This document shows, piece by piece, positions 1 to 13,613 of a stretch of 64,000 bases of DNA. Source of the DNA: Lytechinus pictus (taxonomy: Eukaryota); assembly GCF_037042905.1 (NCBI RefSeq), contig NC_087245.1, positions 31,868,001 to 31,932,000 of the forward strand, written 5' to 3'. Each line of letters opens with the position of its first letter. The stretch's first letter is position 1. The notes below the pieces were generated by a model, which did no database searches, was not told the origin of the DNA, and worked only from the letters and a program-made list of their open reading frames with translations. The translations under genes were made by a program, and so were the position numbers.

Positions 1-147
1 CCTAAAGTGCATTACGAAAATGACCCAGCATAAACTTTACATAAAATTAAACTTAGCGATTTTGATCATTAAACTAGTGATATAATAATAATGAAATATA
101 TAGATATTAGATATTCTCCCTGGTTTTAAAAATTTTAGACACTTTTG

Positions 148-305
148 CACTGTAAAACTGACCTTTAAACTGACACCACTTGGTCTCCCTAGAGTACCAG
201 ACCCTATGGTGTTAAAATTACACCTCAGAGATTGAACATAACACCAAAGAGTGTAAATGAACAACCAAAGGCGTTGCAATAACGTCCATGTGTTGAAGTA
301 ACACA
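148..305 (-). mobile_element. Truncated CACTG-type (CMC/EnSpm-like) MITE, same family as 29867-30102 in opposite orientation
   Basis: Starts CACTGTAAAA; the body matches the reverse complement of ~29945-30102 (gagattgaa.ataacaccaaag.gtgtaaatg). Confidence 0.75.
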
Positions 306-372
306 ATGGTATATCGCAAAACTTGATTATTACGAAGCATGATAAATTTTCTTAAAAGTAAATTTAGTATTG

Positions 373-452
373 CACGGCCTCTCTGAAAACCAGCCATTGG
401 CTGATCGAGGGCTTTTTACCGTGTTTAAATAAAATAAATCAAATCAAATCAA
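373..452 (+). mobile_element. 3' terminus of a CR1/L2-group retroposon (stem-loop plus (AAATC)n tail)
   Basis: Hairpin cacgg-cctc..cagc..gctg..gagg..ccgtg followed by aataaaataaatcaaatcaaatcaa. Confidence 0.65.
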
Positions 453-2442
453 GTACTAATTGTCGGGGAGGGGGTGGTGGGCCCTATTTTATGCAAACGA
501 CCGTTTTAATTAGGATTTATTTTGGATCACTGCCATCTCATGAGCGTGATAAAATTCCCGCTTTTTAACTTTTTTAAGAGAATCTCGCCAGCAGGCATAT
601 AGCTAAGATGTAAATGTATGTTTGTAGAGGGGGCGGATTGTAATCTGATATTTTCCAAAGAGCACACATTAACATGATTTCAGGGAATGACATTTTAGAT
701 GTAGGAGCTGATTTCCCAACAAAACATGGTTGAGCGAACGTGAGGAAATAGTAACTGAAATCACGATTATAATCATTACCAATAAATGATATGCCGGTAT
801 GACTCCACGAATCTATCTTTAGTTTGCTCTGTTCATTACAATGACATCGTTGCGATCAGGCACTTGTTAAACATCAAAGATAGAGGCAATTAGATTTATA
901 TTAAAAGAATTAGCTGTAGAAACTAGAAAATGAAGCTTATAGGGGTAGGGTGTATGTATCCCCAATTGCGGCAGGGGGGTGGTTGGGTGGGTGGCCTGTA
1001 CAAAATCCCCAATGTATTGACCGATGCATGGATGTGAACCCCCCCCCCAAAAAAAAAAAAAATACCATGAAAAGAATTGTCATTAACATGTTTTACTAAT
1101 AAAAAATAAATAAATCAACCAATCAACCAAGAAATATATATTTTATAGAGACGACAAAAATGAAACAAATATAACAAATATAAAAAAATACATTGATAAC
1201 CGAAAATTCAAGATTTACAAGAGCATTTGCCTTTATGTATATTTACTGAAAAAATTGTCGCCCACCGTTTATAACGACGCTGCCGATACCATTCCTCTAT
1301 CAATGCACATGCCCATTTTTGTTCCCCCCTCAAGGCTTTAAGGCCATTACGGGTAACACGTCTACGAACAGTGCAGTGGGAGATTTCGTGGAAGGAAATA
1401 AAGAAATCAGAACTTTTTTCTGATTAAGCTATCAAATTATCAAGCAACATTGGTAACATGTACGTGTGTTTGAAATGTAAAACTTTTTACTTGTCAATCG
1501 AAAACACACACAATTTTATTACCTTTTCCCCTACCTCCTTCCCGTTTCCATCCCCTCTCTAAAAGATTCAAAAACTTTATAAAAACTTATCGGTCGAAAC
1601 TAAATGAAAAAACACTTATTTTGTCTTGAGCAGTTGTAACTTCACTTTCTTTTCTGAAATACATGTACATGCGTCACTTTTTCTCTTGTTTATTACTACT
1701 CTGACCCACTTTCCAATAAAAAAGGGGGCCACCGTGCTTTTGTGACTTATATTCGACATTTCCAATCTGAGCTGAAATCCGGGCCAGAAATAGCGCAAAA
1801 ACATGAAAATTAATATGGGGCATGACAAGAACTGTCATTGGAAATGATTGTAGATGGATCGAGAGGGAAATCGATTTGCGTTTGATGGTTAAAAAAGAAA
1901 AAAACAAATACCAAGAAATGACGCCAGAGATCTGAGTTCTGGTGATGGGACTTTGATTCATTAACAAGGGAGGAGGCAGATAAGGAGAAAGAGAAACAAG
2001 GAGAAAGGAGGGGGGGGGGATACAGAAAATAAGACGAATATAAAGAATAACCAGAAGATAAAGATAAAGTAGAAGATAAAGAAGAGAAACTTAAAGTAGG
2101 AGAGAAAAGGGAATAGGAAGAAAAAAGGAGGAGTAAAAATGAAGATGAAGATGGTGGTGGTGAAGAATAAGAATAACAATAACATATCAAAGAAATAATA
2201 AAAAAATAGAAGAAAAAAATCGTTTTCGGATTTACAAGCCAGTATAATCTAAATCATAAGAGTCCACTAAGATGTACTTTTTTCAAAGAATTAATGGACG
2301 GTTAATCAACTGCTCGATTCCGTCCCCATAAAAGTCGTCCATCTAGCTTTTATCGTTAACAACATTTCGTCTGCTGTCTGGTACAAAGATGGCGAAGGCC
2401 CTGAAGGTGGGGATCGGGGAAGGAAGGGAAGGGCACCCTATG

Positions 2443-2840
2443 ATAAATACCAGTTGTGGTAACGATCTCAAAATGAGTTCGAACAGAATCCAATGAAATT
2501 ACCAACAAAGTGTGTGTATGTATAAATAAAAAATGTGTGCCAGGTAGCTTTGGAAGAAAATGTGTAATTGCTGAGAAAATAATTAGCAAAATAGACACGG
2601 AATTCCATATAAATGTCGGGTATTTTTCGAAGCAATATTAATACTCTGTCCCACATATGCTTTTCTGTGTCTGTTATCATCAGAATTATCGATCTTGAGC
2701 TAAGACTTCATGATTTTGCAAAATTAAGTTTACATTAATGTACCAGATGTCTAGATGTAAGATAATATTTTGACAATTAAACTTGATTTAAAAGACTTTC
2801 TCACTACATAATTGTTAGCTGCAACTGTCTTGTACATTTA
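2443..2840 (+). mobile_element. Kolobok-like non-autonomous DNA transposon, copy 1 (copy 2 at 55299-55688)
   Basis: About 390 bp colinear with 55299-55688 (ttgtggtaacgatctc.aaatgagtt.gaacagaatccaatgaaat; tgtgtaattgctgagaaa; ctgtcccacatatgc). The superfamily call rests on decayed TTAA-like ends. Confidence 0.7.
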
Positions 2841-3249
2841 GGCCTAAGTTTTGTAATCGCAGGGAAGCTCAAATCATGCTCAAAGCAGGGATGTAACCAT
2901 GAGGTAATTCGCATTGAAAATGTCACCCGACACCCACTTAGCATCTCCCATAAACAAACTAGAATTGAAGAGACAACATCAAACTCTCGCCAAGACGTGA
3001 TATTGAACCTTTCCCCAGCCGCCCAGCTGCTTTCGTAAACTGACCGATACATGCATAATACATAGCCACTCTCGTAGCCCGGAGAAAACATGTCTCCTTC
3101 GAAAGCGTGGATGAAAGTTGATGATGAAATTATTTTTTAAATGGCGCGAAATCGTTTCCCTCACGCTGTTGATACATGCTAATGATCGATACGACTTATT
3201 GCAGTCGTAAAACTTATGTTCCTTTAAGGACGTTCCACAGTTGAAATGA

Positions 3250-5035
3250 AGTCCATGTCATTTTCATCAAATTTTGCAGAGAGCTACTTTGGTATCTATG
3301 CATTATGAAAATGCAAAAATAATATAGGTTCATGTGCTTATTTTTTTTCCAAGGGTCTTCAAATTCGCCGTATTTGAATGATATGCAATCTTGCGCAATC
3401 AAGAGAATTATTCCACTCTTAGACCTCACGAATTCACCAAATGAGTTTAAATCCTCTTTGCTCAGTGGATACCGCATCAAACTTCATCAAATTTTCAGGA
3501 TATATAACAAAGTGAATACCAAAGTAAGAAAAAATCTTTTAATTATGGTAAAACTATATCTATTTGGAGTCAGCAGCGCCCTCATTTGGCAAGAATGGTG
3601 CAAAAACTCGGAAAAAACAAATCTTCAAAGACGTGAATCTACTCAAAAATTTAAAAAGTATTTTGTAAGCTGCACTTTTTTCAAAATCCATGTCATTTTC
3701 ATCAAATTCGGCTAAACTGTAGAGGAATGCTTATCGAAGGTGTAGGGAAGTTAAAAATATGAGGTCCATGTGCTCGTTTTTTAACTATGAGTGTCCAAAG
3801 TGATGCGAGTTGGCATAAAAATCGCCCAAAACGTGCAAAAGACTAATAATGCCGTCTAAAATGCGAATGGTTCAGTAGTTTTGCCCTCAAACATTCAAAA
3901 TCCATGTCATTATCATCATACTCTCCAGATTTGTAGAAGCATATCTTTTGAATACATTAAAATATTAAAAATATGATGTCCATGTGCTCGTTTTTAAACT
4001 ATTTGTGTAGCAAGTTTTCTTGAAAATCGCCTAAAAAGCGCCGGAAATATGCAAAAGTCTCTTGATACCCTCTAAAAGGCAAATGGTTCCATATTTCGCT
4101 CCCAAACATTCAAAATCCATGTCATTTTTATCATACTCTCTAGATTTGCAGAGAAATATATTCTGATGACGTTAAAATATTAAAAGCATGGGGCCCATGT
4201 GCTCGTTTTAAAACTATCAGTGTCCAGACTATTGCGAGTTGGCTTGAAACAGCCCAAAATGCGCCGAAAACAAGCAAAAGTCTGTTAATACCGTCTAAAA
4301 TGCGAATGGTTCCGTAGTCTTGCTCCCAATCATTGACAATTCATGTCGTTTTCATTATACCTTGCACATATATACTTTAGCACCTAAATATTACAAATAT
4401 GCAAAAATCAACATGGGTCCATGTGCTTCATTTTTTGCTATAGAGCTTCAAAGTTAACCCAAAATGGACGATGTCTTTAAGAATTGCGCATCCAAAAGAA
4501 TTTGGCCTTTTTAGACCTCAAGAGATCACAACAATGAGTTTAAAGCCCTATTACTCAGTCAAAATCCAAGAAAATTTCATCGAATTTTGCAATATGATTA
4601 ATAATTGTATCCGTAAGATGAATAACTTTCCATATTGCTGTCAATTGTTTGTTCATTTAAGTCTAACAACACTCTCAGTTCTTAGAAATTGCGGGAAAGA
4701 TATTCAACCTAAAACATTTCAATAACAAACTTGAGAAGTAAAAGAAATGCTGCACTTTATTCAAAACCCATGTCATTTTTACCAAACTTTGCAAAGTTGT
4801 AGAGGAAGGTATACCTAAGAGGTGCAAACATTAAAAAACATGGGTTCATGTGCTTGTTTTCAAACTATCAGCACTCTTATTAGAGCACAATTGTTTCTTA
4901 AACAGTATCTATGTGACGAAAAATTCCGAACCACTTTTCCATTTATTCAAACTCGGGGTCATATTCATCATACTTTGCAGCATTACATAGAAACTATTTT
5001 GAAATTGTAGAGGAATAAAAAAATGGTCCATGGAA
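3250..5035. repeat. Degenerate ~214-bp-period complex array with paired conserved boxes, probably the internal part of an old DNA transposon
   Basis: Box CCATGTCATTTTCATCA at 3253, 3688, 3902, 4117, 4341 and 4768, each followed 77-78 bp later by (C/T)CATGTGCT at 3330, 3766, 3980, 4195, 4419 and 4846. Confidence 0.85.
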
Positions 5036-5949
5036 TAATTCCAGTTTATTTGCTTCATAAAATGCGCAGATCATGATGCGCACAAACATAACTGTGGAAC
5101 GTCCTTAAGCCCCTTTCACAATTGTTGGTGCGACTGCTTACAACCTTTGCGATTGTGTGCAACATAATATTGTGACCAAATGATCGCAGACGATCGCAAA
5201 AGCAATTGCTAAAGCCCGTGGCCGTGCGCATCTTTTGCCGGAGGGGGGCTGGGTGGCAGGACGCGTAAACTTCTAAAAAAATCGAAAGTGAAGGAGTGAA
5301 GCAACCGAGCTTGTCATTTGGACTCTTGCATTTGTAAAGTGAAATAGGGGGCAACTGCCCCCTGCCCTGCCCCTCTGCGTACCGCCATGATTGTCTAATA
5401 ATTTAGGTTATGGATTAAAAAGTCTGGCGGTAATAATGAGTCAAATCGAGAATGATTGAATGTGCAGTCATTGAACCCGTCTATTCGTCGTACATCTTGT
5501 CCGCCGGCTTGGCAGCGAAAGTCGATTTCGGCAGATTTTCTCTATTTTAAGATGCTTTTATATGCTTCATTTATTTACATGGACCTTCATTCTATCTGTG
5601 TGATTGGAAAAGAAAATACGTTCACAGAGTGACTGCCCCTTTTTTGTTTTGGATGATATTGTGTCCATATAAGGCTTTCTCGAACGTAGTGGTCCTTCTT
5701 CACCCATCAGAGTGAATTTATAAGGATTTTAATACTTAAACACTTTACAATGTAGCTCCTTTTTTAAACAAAACGGTTATAAAAAAAAACACAATGAAGA
5801 AAAGAAAATCACTCTCTCAGTCTCTATCTCTCCCTCTCTTTCTCCCCCTCCTCCCCTCTTCATATGTCATTTTCGCTTTAATTCCCTTCTCGTATCCCTC
5901 TCCTCCGATCTTCCTTTAATCGTACTTTTATCCCCCTCTGTCTTATGTA

Positions 5950-8900
5950 TATTTATCTTCTCTTACTTAGTTTTCCAATACACCTTTACACTCCAAGTAC
6001 AACACAATGTGTAATTATTTCTAATTATCTTCTCTTACTTAGTTTTCCAATACGCCTTTACACTCCAATTACAACACAACGTGTAATTATTTCTATTTTA
6101 ATATCTTCTCTTACTTAGTTTTCCAATACACCTTTACACTCCCAATTACAACACAATGTGTAATTATTTCTAATTATCTTCTCTTACTTAGTTTTCCAAT
6201 ACACCTTTACACCCCAATTACAATACAATGTGTAATTATTTATATTTATCTTCTCTTACTTAGTTTTCCAATACACCTTTACACTCCAATTACAACACAA
6301 TGTGTAATTATTTTTATTTATCTTCTCTTACTTAGTTTTCCAATACGCCTTTACACTCCAATTACAACACAACGTGTAATTATTTCTATTTTGATATCTT
6401 CTCTTACTTAGTTTTCCAATACACCTTTACACTCCAATTACGACACAATGTGTAATTATTTCTATTTATCTTCTCTTACTTAGTTTTCCAATACACCTTT
6501 ACACTCCAATTACAACACAATGTGTCATTATTTCTATTTTAATATCTTCTCTTACTTAGTTTTCCAATACACCTTTACACTCCAATTACAACACAATGTG
6601 TAATTATTTCTATTTATCTTCTCTTACTTAGTTTTCCAATACACCTTTACACTCCAATTACAACACAATGTGTAATTATTTCTATTTATCTTCTCTTACT
6701 TAGTTTTCCAATACACCTTTACACCCCAATTACAACACAATGTGAAATTATTTCTATTTATCTTCTCTTACTTAGTTTTCCAATACACCTTTACACTCCA
6801 ATTACAACGCAATGTGTAATTATTTATATTTATCTTCTCTTACTTAGTTTTCCAATACACCTTTACACCCCAATTACAACACAATGTGTAATTATTTCTA
6901 TTTATCTTCTCTTACTTAGTTTTCCAATACGCCTTTACACTCCAATTACAACACAACGTGTAATTATTTCTATTTTGATATCTTCCCTTACTTAGTTTTC
7001 CAATACACCTTTACACTCCAATTACAACACAATGTGTAATTATTTCTATTTATCTTCTCTTACTTAGTTTTCCAATACACCTTTACACTCCAATTACAAC
7101 ACAATGTGTAATTATTTCTATTTTAATATCTTCTCTTACTTAGTTTTCCAATACACCTTTACACTCCAATTACAACACAATGTGTAATTATTTCTATTTA
7201 TCTTCTCCTACTTAGTTTTCCAATACACCTTTACACCCCAATTACAACACAATGTGTAATTATTTCTATTTATCTTCTCTTACTTAGTTTTCCAATACGC
7301 CTTTACACTCCAATTGCAACACAATGTGTAATTATTTCTATTTATCTTCTCTTACTTAGTTTTCCAATACGCCTTTACACCCCAATTACAACACAATGTG
7401 TCATTATTTCTATTTATCTTCTCTTACTTAGTTTTCCAATACACCTTTACACTCCAATTACAACACAATGTGTAATTATTTCTATTTATCTTCTCTTACT
7501 TAGTTTTCCAATACACCTTTACACTCCAATTACAACACAATGTGTAATTATTTCTATTTATCTTCTCTTACTTAGTTTTCCAATACGCCTTTACACCCCA
7601 ATTACAACACAATGTGTCATTAATTCTATTTATCTTCTCTTACTTAGTTTTCCAATACGCCTTTACACTCCAATTACAACGCAATGTGTAATTATTTCTA
7701 TTTATCTTCTCTTACTTAGTTTTCCAATACACCTTTACACTCCAATTACAACACAATGTGTAATTATTTCTATTTATCTTCTCTTACTTAGTTTTCCAAT
7801 ACACCTTTACACTCCAATTACCACACAATGTGTAATTATTTCTATTTATCTTCTCTTACTTAGTTTTCCAATACACCTTTACACTCCAATTACAACACAA
7901 CGTGTAATTATTTCTATTTATCTTCTCTTACTTAGTTTTCCAATACACCTTTACACTCCAATTACAACACAATGTGTAATTATTTCTAATTATCTTCTCT
8001 TACTTAGTTTTCCAATACACCTTTACACCCCAATTACAACACAATGTGTAATTATTTATATTTATCTTCTCTTACTTAGTTTTCCAATACACCTTTACAC
8101 TCCAATTACAACACAATGTGTAATTATTTTTATTTATCTTCTCTTACTTAGTTTTCCAATACGCCTTTACACTCCAATTACAACACAACGTGTAATTATT
8201 TCTATTTTGATATCTTCTCTTACTTAGTTTTCCAATACACCTTTACACTCCAATTACGACACAATGTGTAATTATTTCTATTTATCTTCTCTTACTTAGT
8301 TTTCCAATACACCTTTACACTCCAATTACAACACAATGTGTCATTATTTCTATTTTAATATCTTCTCTTACTTAGTTTTCCAATACACCTTTACACTCCA
8401 ATTACAACACAATGTGTAATTATTTCTATTTATCTTCTCTTACTTAGTTTTCCAATACACCTTTACACTCCAATTACAACACAATGTGTAATTATTTCTA
8501 TTTATCTTCTCTTACTTAGTTTTCCAATACACCTTTACACCCCAATTACAACACAATGTGTAATTATTTCTATTTATCTTCTCTTACTTAGTTTTTCAAT
8601 ACACCTTTACACTCCAATTACAACGCAATGTGTAATTATTTATATTTATCTTCTCTTACTTAGTTTTCCAATACACCTTTACACCCCAATTACAACACAA
8701 TGTGTAATTATTTCTATTTATCTTCTCTTACTTAGTTTTCCAATACGCCTTTACACTCCAATTACAACACAACGTGTAATTATTTCTATTTTGATATCTT
8801 CTCTTACTTAGTTTTCCAATACACCTTTACACTCCAATTACAACACAATGTGTAATTATTTCTATTTATCTTCTCTTACTTAGTTTTCCAATACACCTTT

Positions 8901-11100
8901 ACACTCCAATTACAACACAATGTGTAATTATTTCTATTTTAATATCTTCTCTTACTTAGTTTTCCAATACACCTTTACACTCCAATTACAACACAATGTG
9001 TAATTATTTCTATTTATCTTCTCCTACTTAGTTTTCCAATACACCTTTACACCCCAATTACAACACAATGTGTAATTATTTCTATTTATCTTCTCTTACT
9101 TAGTTTTCCAATACGCCTTTACACTCCAATTGCAACACAATGTGTAATTATTTCTATTTATCTTCTCTTACTTAGTTTTCCAATACGCCTTTACACCCTA
9201 ATTACAACACAATGTGTCATTATTTCTATTTATCTTCTCTTACTTAGTTTTCCAATACGCCTTTACACTCCAATTACAACACAATGTGTAATTATTTCTA
9301 TTTATCTTCTCTTACTTAGTTTTCCAATACACCTTTACACTCCAATTACAACACAATGTGTAATTATTTCTATTTATCTTCTCTTACTTAGTTTTCCAAT
9401 ACGCCTTTACACCCCAATTACAACACAATGTGTCATTAATTCTATTTATCCTCTCTTACTTAGTTTTCCAATACGCCTTTACACTCCAATTACAACGCAA
9501 TGTGTAATTATTTCTATTTATCTTCTCTTACTTAGTTTTCCAATACACCTTTACACTCCAATTACAACACAATGTGTAATTATTTCTATTTATCTTCTCT
9601 TACTTAGTTTTCCAATACACCTTTACACTCCAATTACCACACAATGTGTAATTATTTCTATTTATCTTCTCTTACTTAGTTTTCCAATACACCTTTACAC
9701 CCCAATTACAACACAATGTGAAATTATTTCTATTTATCTTCTCTTACTTAGTTTTCCAATACACCTTTACACTCCAATTACAACGCAATGTGTAATTATT
9801 TATATTTATCTTCTCTTACTTAGTTTTCCAATACACCTTTACACTCCAATTACAACACAATGTGTCATTATTTCTAATTTAATATCTTCTCTTACTTAGT
9901 TTTCCAATACACCTTTACACTCCAATTACAACACAATGTGTAATTATTTCTATTTATCTTCTCTTACTTAGTTTTCCAATACACCTTTACACTCCAATTA
10001 CAACACAATGTGTAATTATTTCTATTTATCTTCTCTTACTTAGTTTTCCAATACACCTTTACACCCCAATTACAACACAATGTGTAATTATTTCTATTTA
10101 TCTTCTCTTACTTAGTTTTCCAATACACCTTTACACTCCAATTACAACGCAATGTGTAATTATTTATATTTATCTTCTCTTACTTAGTTTTCCAATACAC
10201 CTTTACACCCCAATTACAACACAATGTGTAATTATTTCTATTTATCTTCTCTTACTTAGTTTTCCAATACGCCTTTACCCTCCAATTACAACACAACGTG
10301 TAATTATTTCTATTTTGATATCTTCTCTTACTTAGTTTTCCAATACACCTTTACACTCCAATTACAACACAATGTGTAATTATTTCTATTTATCTTCTCT
10401 TACTTAGTTTTCCAATACACCTTTACACTCCAATTACAACACAATGTGTAATTATTTCTATTTTAATATCTTCTCTTACTTAGTTTTCCAATACACCTTT
10501 ACACTCCAATTACAACACAATGTGTAATTATTTCTATTTATCTTCTCCTACTTAGTTTTCCAATACACCTTTACACTCCAATTACAACACAATGTGTAAT
10601 TATTTCTATTTATCTTCTCTTACTTAGTTTTCCAATACACCTTTACACTCCAATTACAACACAACGTGTAATTATTTCTATTTTGATATCTTCTCTTACT
10701 TAGTTTTCCAATACACCTTTACACTCCAATTACGACACAATGTGTAATTATTTCTATTTATCTTCTCTTACTTAGTTTTCCAATACACCTTTACACTCCA
10801 ATTACAACACAATGTGTAATTATTTCTATTTTGATATCTTCTCTTACTTAGTTTTCCAATACACCTTTACACTCCAATTACAACACAATGTGTAATTATT
10901 TATATTTATCTTCTCTTACTTGGTTTTCCAATACACCTTTACACTCCAATTACAACACAGTGTGTAATTATTTCTATTTATCTTCTCTTACTTAGTTTTC
11001 CAGTACACCTTTACACTCCAATTACAACACAATGTGTAATTATTTATATTTATCTTCTCTTACTTAGTTTTCCAATACGCCTTTACACCGCAATTACAAT
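5950..11100. repeat. Tandem satellite, 72-bp unit with 76-bp variants, about 70 copies
   Basis: Unit ATCTTCTCTTACTTAGTTTTCCAATACACCTTTACACTCCAATTACAACACAATGTGTAATTATTTCTATTT; period checked at 7441 to 7513; head-to-tail with no unique spacers. Confidence 0.98.
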
Positions 11101-12532
11101 ACGACGGGGAATTCATCGTTCCACACCTGATTAGCTCACCTGGGGAGGTGCAAATAAATGAATATTGATCCAAGCTTCGATGAAGTTCGGGATGTGTTTT
11201 CATATCGCTAATTACCATTTAACCTTTCAGCAAATGGTCCTGAAAAACTCTCACGTCGTTGCCTCTTTCATTCTATTTTATTTTCACCCTTTTCTTTTCA
11301 TCCTTTATTCAATTATTTTGTTTCCACAAAGCCTTTCCCCCTTCCACTATCATTTTTATTATCTTCCCCAAATGTGTGTTTCTATTTCCGTCGACGTAAC
11401 TGTCTAAAGAGCAAAAACGTGAAAGACCCCCACATGGAAGTGTAAAACAAAGACACAATATCTGTTTGTTATTCTACGAATTATCAATGAAGGTATATAT
11501 TAAGATTGTCAGGAACGAGGGTGTTAATAGATCACCCTTTTCCCCTTCATTTGATTAAACCCCCTCTCCCTTTCAGGTAAAGTAATTACAATGCAAAAAT
11601 GATGTTTTAACTTTTAAGCGCGTTAAGCCCGGTACTCCACCAATTATTGTTTAAAAGTAAGGTTTTTACAATTGGTTTTAAAATTTAAACAATTAAAAAC
11701 GTTGTTTAAAATGCTCAACAACTTGTTGTAACGTCCTTGAACCACCATGACAACGTTTTTTTTTATTGGGTATAACCATGACACTGGAGAAACATGAATT
11801 GAACAAACTCTATCTCAACTCTGCTACAGCCCAAGGCTGTATTCATATTTGGTGGTTTCGTTAATTTAATAACTTTTATTTCTCCCCGCTTTTCATAACT
11901 GAAATATGCAACTTATTGAAAAAAAATATGTCGGGAAAAATCAATAGATATGCCAACATGATATGCCAACATGATAATACTAGAATAAAATGTAATTTAT
12001 TGTTGCGTCAGACGTAATATGATTATATATTTCTGTCAGTGTAAGTTCTTTTTATTAGATCGTGTTATTTCGATTAATATCTGATATCTAACTCTTGGAT
12101 AGAATCGTCAATTACCTACAATCTTACGTTAAATTAATCGTACGTCATTTTGTCCGACAAATTTTCTTTTCACACATTAATTTCAAAAGTGAGCAAACGT
12201 TATTGATCGGCTAGGGAAATTTGAACTTAAATCAATGATCTTGCAGAAAAAGAATATTATGAACGAAATCACCCCTGGAACTTAAGTCTTTTTCAAATTA
12301 CAACACTCGAAGTGTAATATCAATGTCAGATTGATACCAATATAATTATGCAGGCAAAAGTTTAATCGTATACAGCCGGCATTTCATAATGGGACATTCC
12401 ATTATACGGTCGACATTCCATCAAAGTTTAGTAAAGCTATTCCCTCAAATTCACGTCAGTGAAAGCGAAGTGGCGGACTTTATAGAGATATTGTAACAAA
12501 AGAGTAAATGCTTTCATAATAATTTTTACCAT

Positions 12533-12712
12533 TACTCTAAAAATGAAGTGCTAATTTAGCTCTTAATGAGCTTGTATAGTGACTGCACTTCGGAGTGCTG
12601 ATTTTTCACGTTCAAATTTGAACTAGACAAATCAGCACTCGGCGAACTGCAGTCACTATACACATGATACAAGCTCCTTAAGAGCAAAATTAGCACTTTG
12701 TTTTTTAGAGTG
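12533..12712. mobile_element. Fold-back MITE (CACT-type, CMC/EnSpm-like)
   Basis: ACTCTAAAAA..AAGTGCTAATTT.GCTCTTAA.GAGCTTGTAT is mirrored at the right end (ATACAAGCTC.TTAAGAGC.AAATTAGCACTT..TTTTTAGAGTG); inner arms gtatagtgactgca/tgcagtcactatac and gagtgctgattt/aaatcagcactc. Confidence 0.85.
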
Positions 12713-12921
12713 GCATAATGTTTATCTTTTAAATAAGAGTGCTAACCGAATACAAACGAAAAAATATATGGGGAACTATATAAACAGACAATTATTATTT
12801 CGACTTTAACAGGACAAAGAATTCAGAAAATATAATTTTTATTGTAAATTTCTTGGATTGGATAATCTGAAGGACATTTTGATATAACTCGAAATTATAT
12901 TTTAAAAAATCAATATTCTTT

Positions 12922-12970
12922 CACTGTAAAAAATGTTAAGTGCTAAATTAGCACTTCATTTTTTACAGTG
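12922..12970. mobile_element. 49-bp minimal CACTG MITE, TT/TT 2-bp TSD
   Basis: CACTGTAAAAAATG..AAGTGCTAA-A-TTAGCACTT..CATTTTTTACAGTG. Confidence 0.75.
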
Positions 12971-13613
12971 TTGAAAATGCATCAGAAGGGAATAAAATCT
13001 CAAGTTAAGTTTTGATGAATGATCACTGTGTACCAATGGAGCCTTTTTTATCATACAAAATTCACGATTTTCATTTTTCCAAATTTACCGGCAGCCAATC
13101 AGATTTCAGTAGCTTTTAACTGTTATTGCCAATTTGCTTCCATAACAAGTTTCATGAAACTGGACGCAGATAGGACTCTATAAAAATCTGATTCTGTCAC
13201 AATGTAGGGGTGGAATGTTCTTTTTTCTTAATTAATATTTTTTACTCTAAAATCTTTGATATCTTTCTTGTGTCTCCTTTCCCGTATCTTTATACTAACT
13301 ATTTTGTGAAAAAAACCAACAACGTCGGAGGCACTTAATGGCGGCTAAAAGACCCCTAGATGTTTTTTACTGCATAAACGTCCCTAAAAACATGCACTAA
13401 CAGCGTATCCGAAACGGGACTGCACTTTCATAAGGAGTGTCTGAATAGCAGCTCAGATTCGGCAGTGAAAATGATCTCCATTACTCTCCGATGAGATTTC
13501 CTATCCACAGGCATGTCTCTCTCATAGTAAAAGATAAAATACTCAATGAACCATCTCCCCACTTAGTCATATTGGCTGGTATCTAGAAATTGATCCTATG
13601 TCTTAAAGGTGCA

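Noticed and set aside
1674-2190. Hydrophobic F/L/S-rich ORFs here and at 18261-18802, 25062-25694, 41935-42229 and 44568-45137 as membrane proteins
   Set aside because: Translations of purine/pyrimidine-rich simple sequence, open in several frames and without family motifs.
5950-11100. 72-bp array as a CRISPR array
   Set aside because: Units are contiguous with no unique spacers, there are no cas genes, and the context is eukaryotic.
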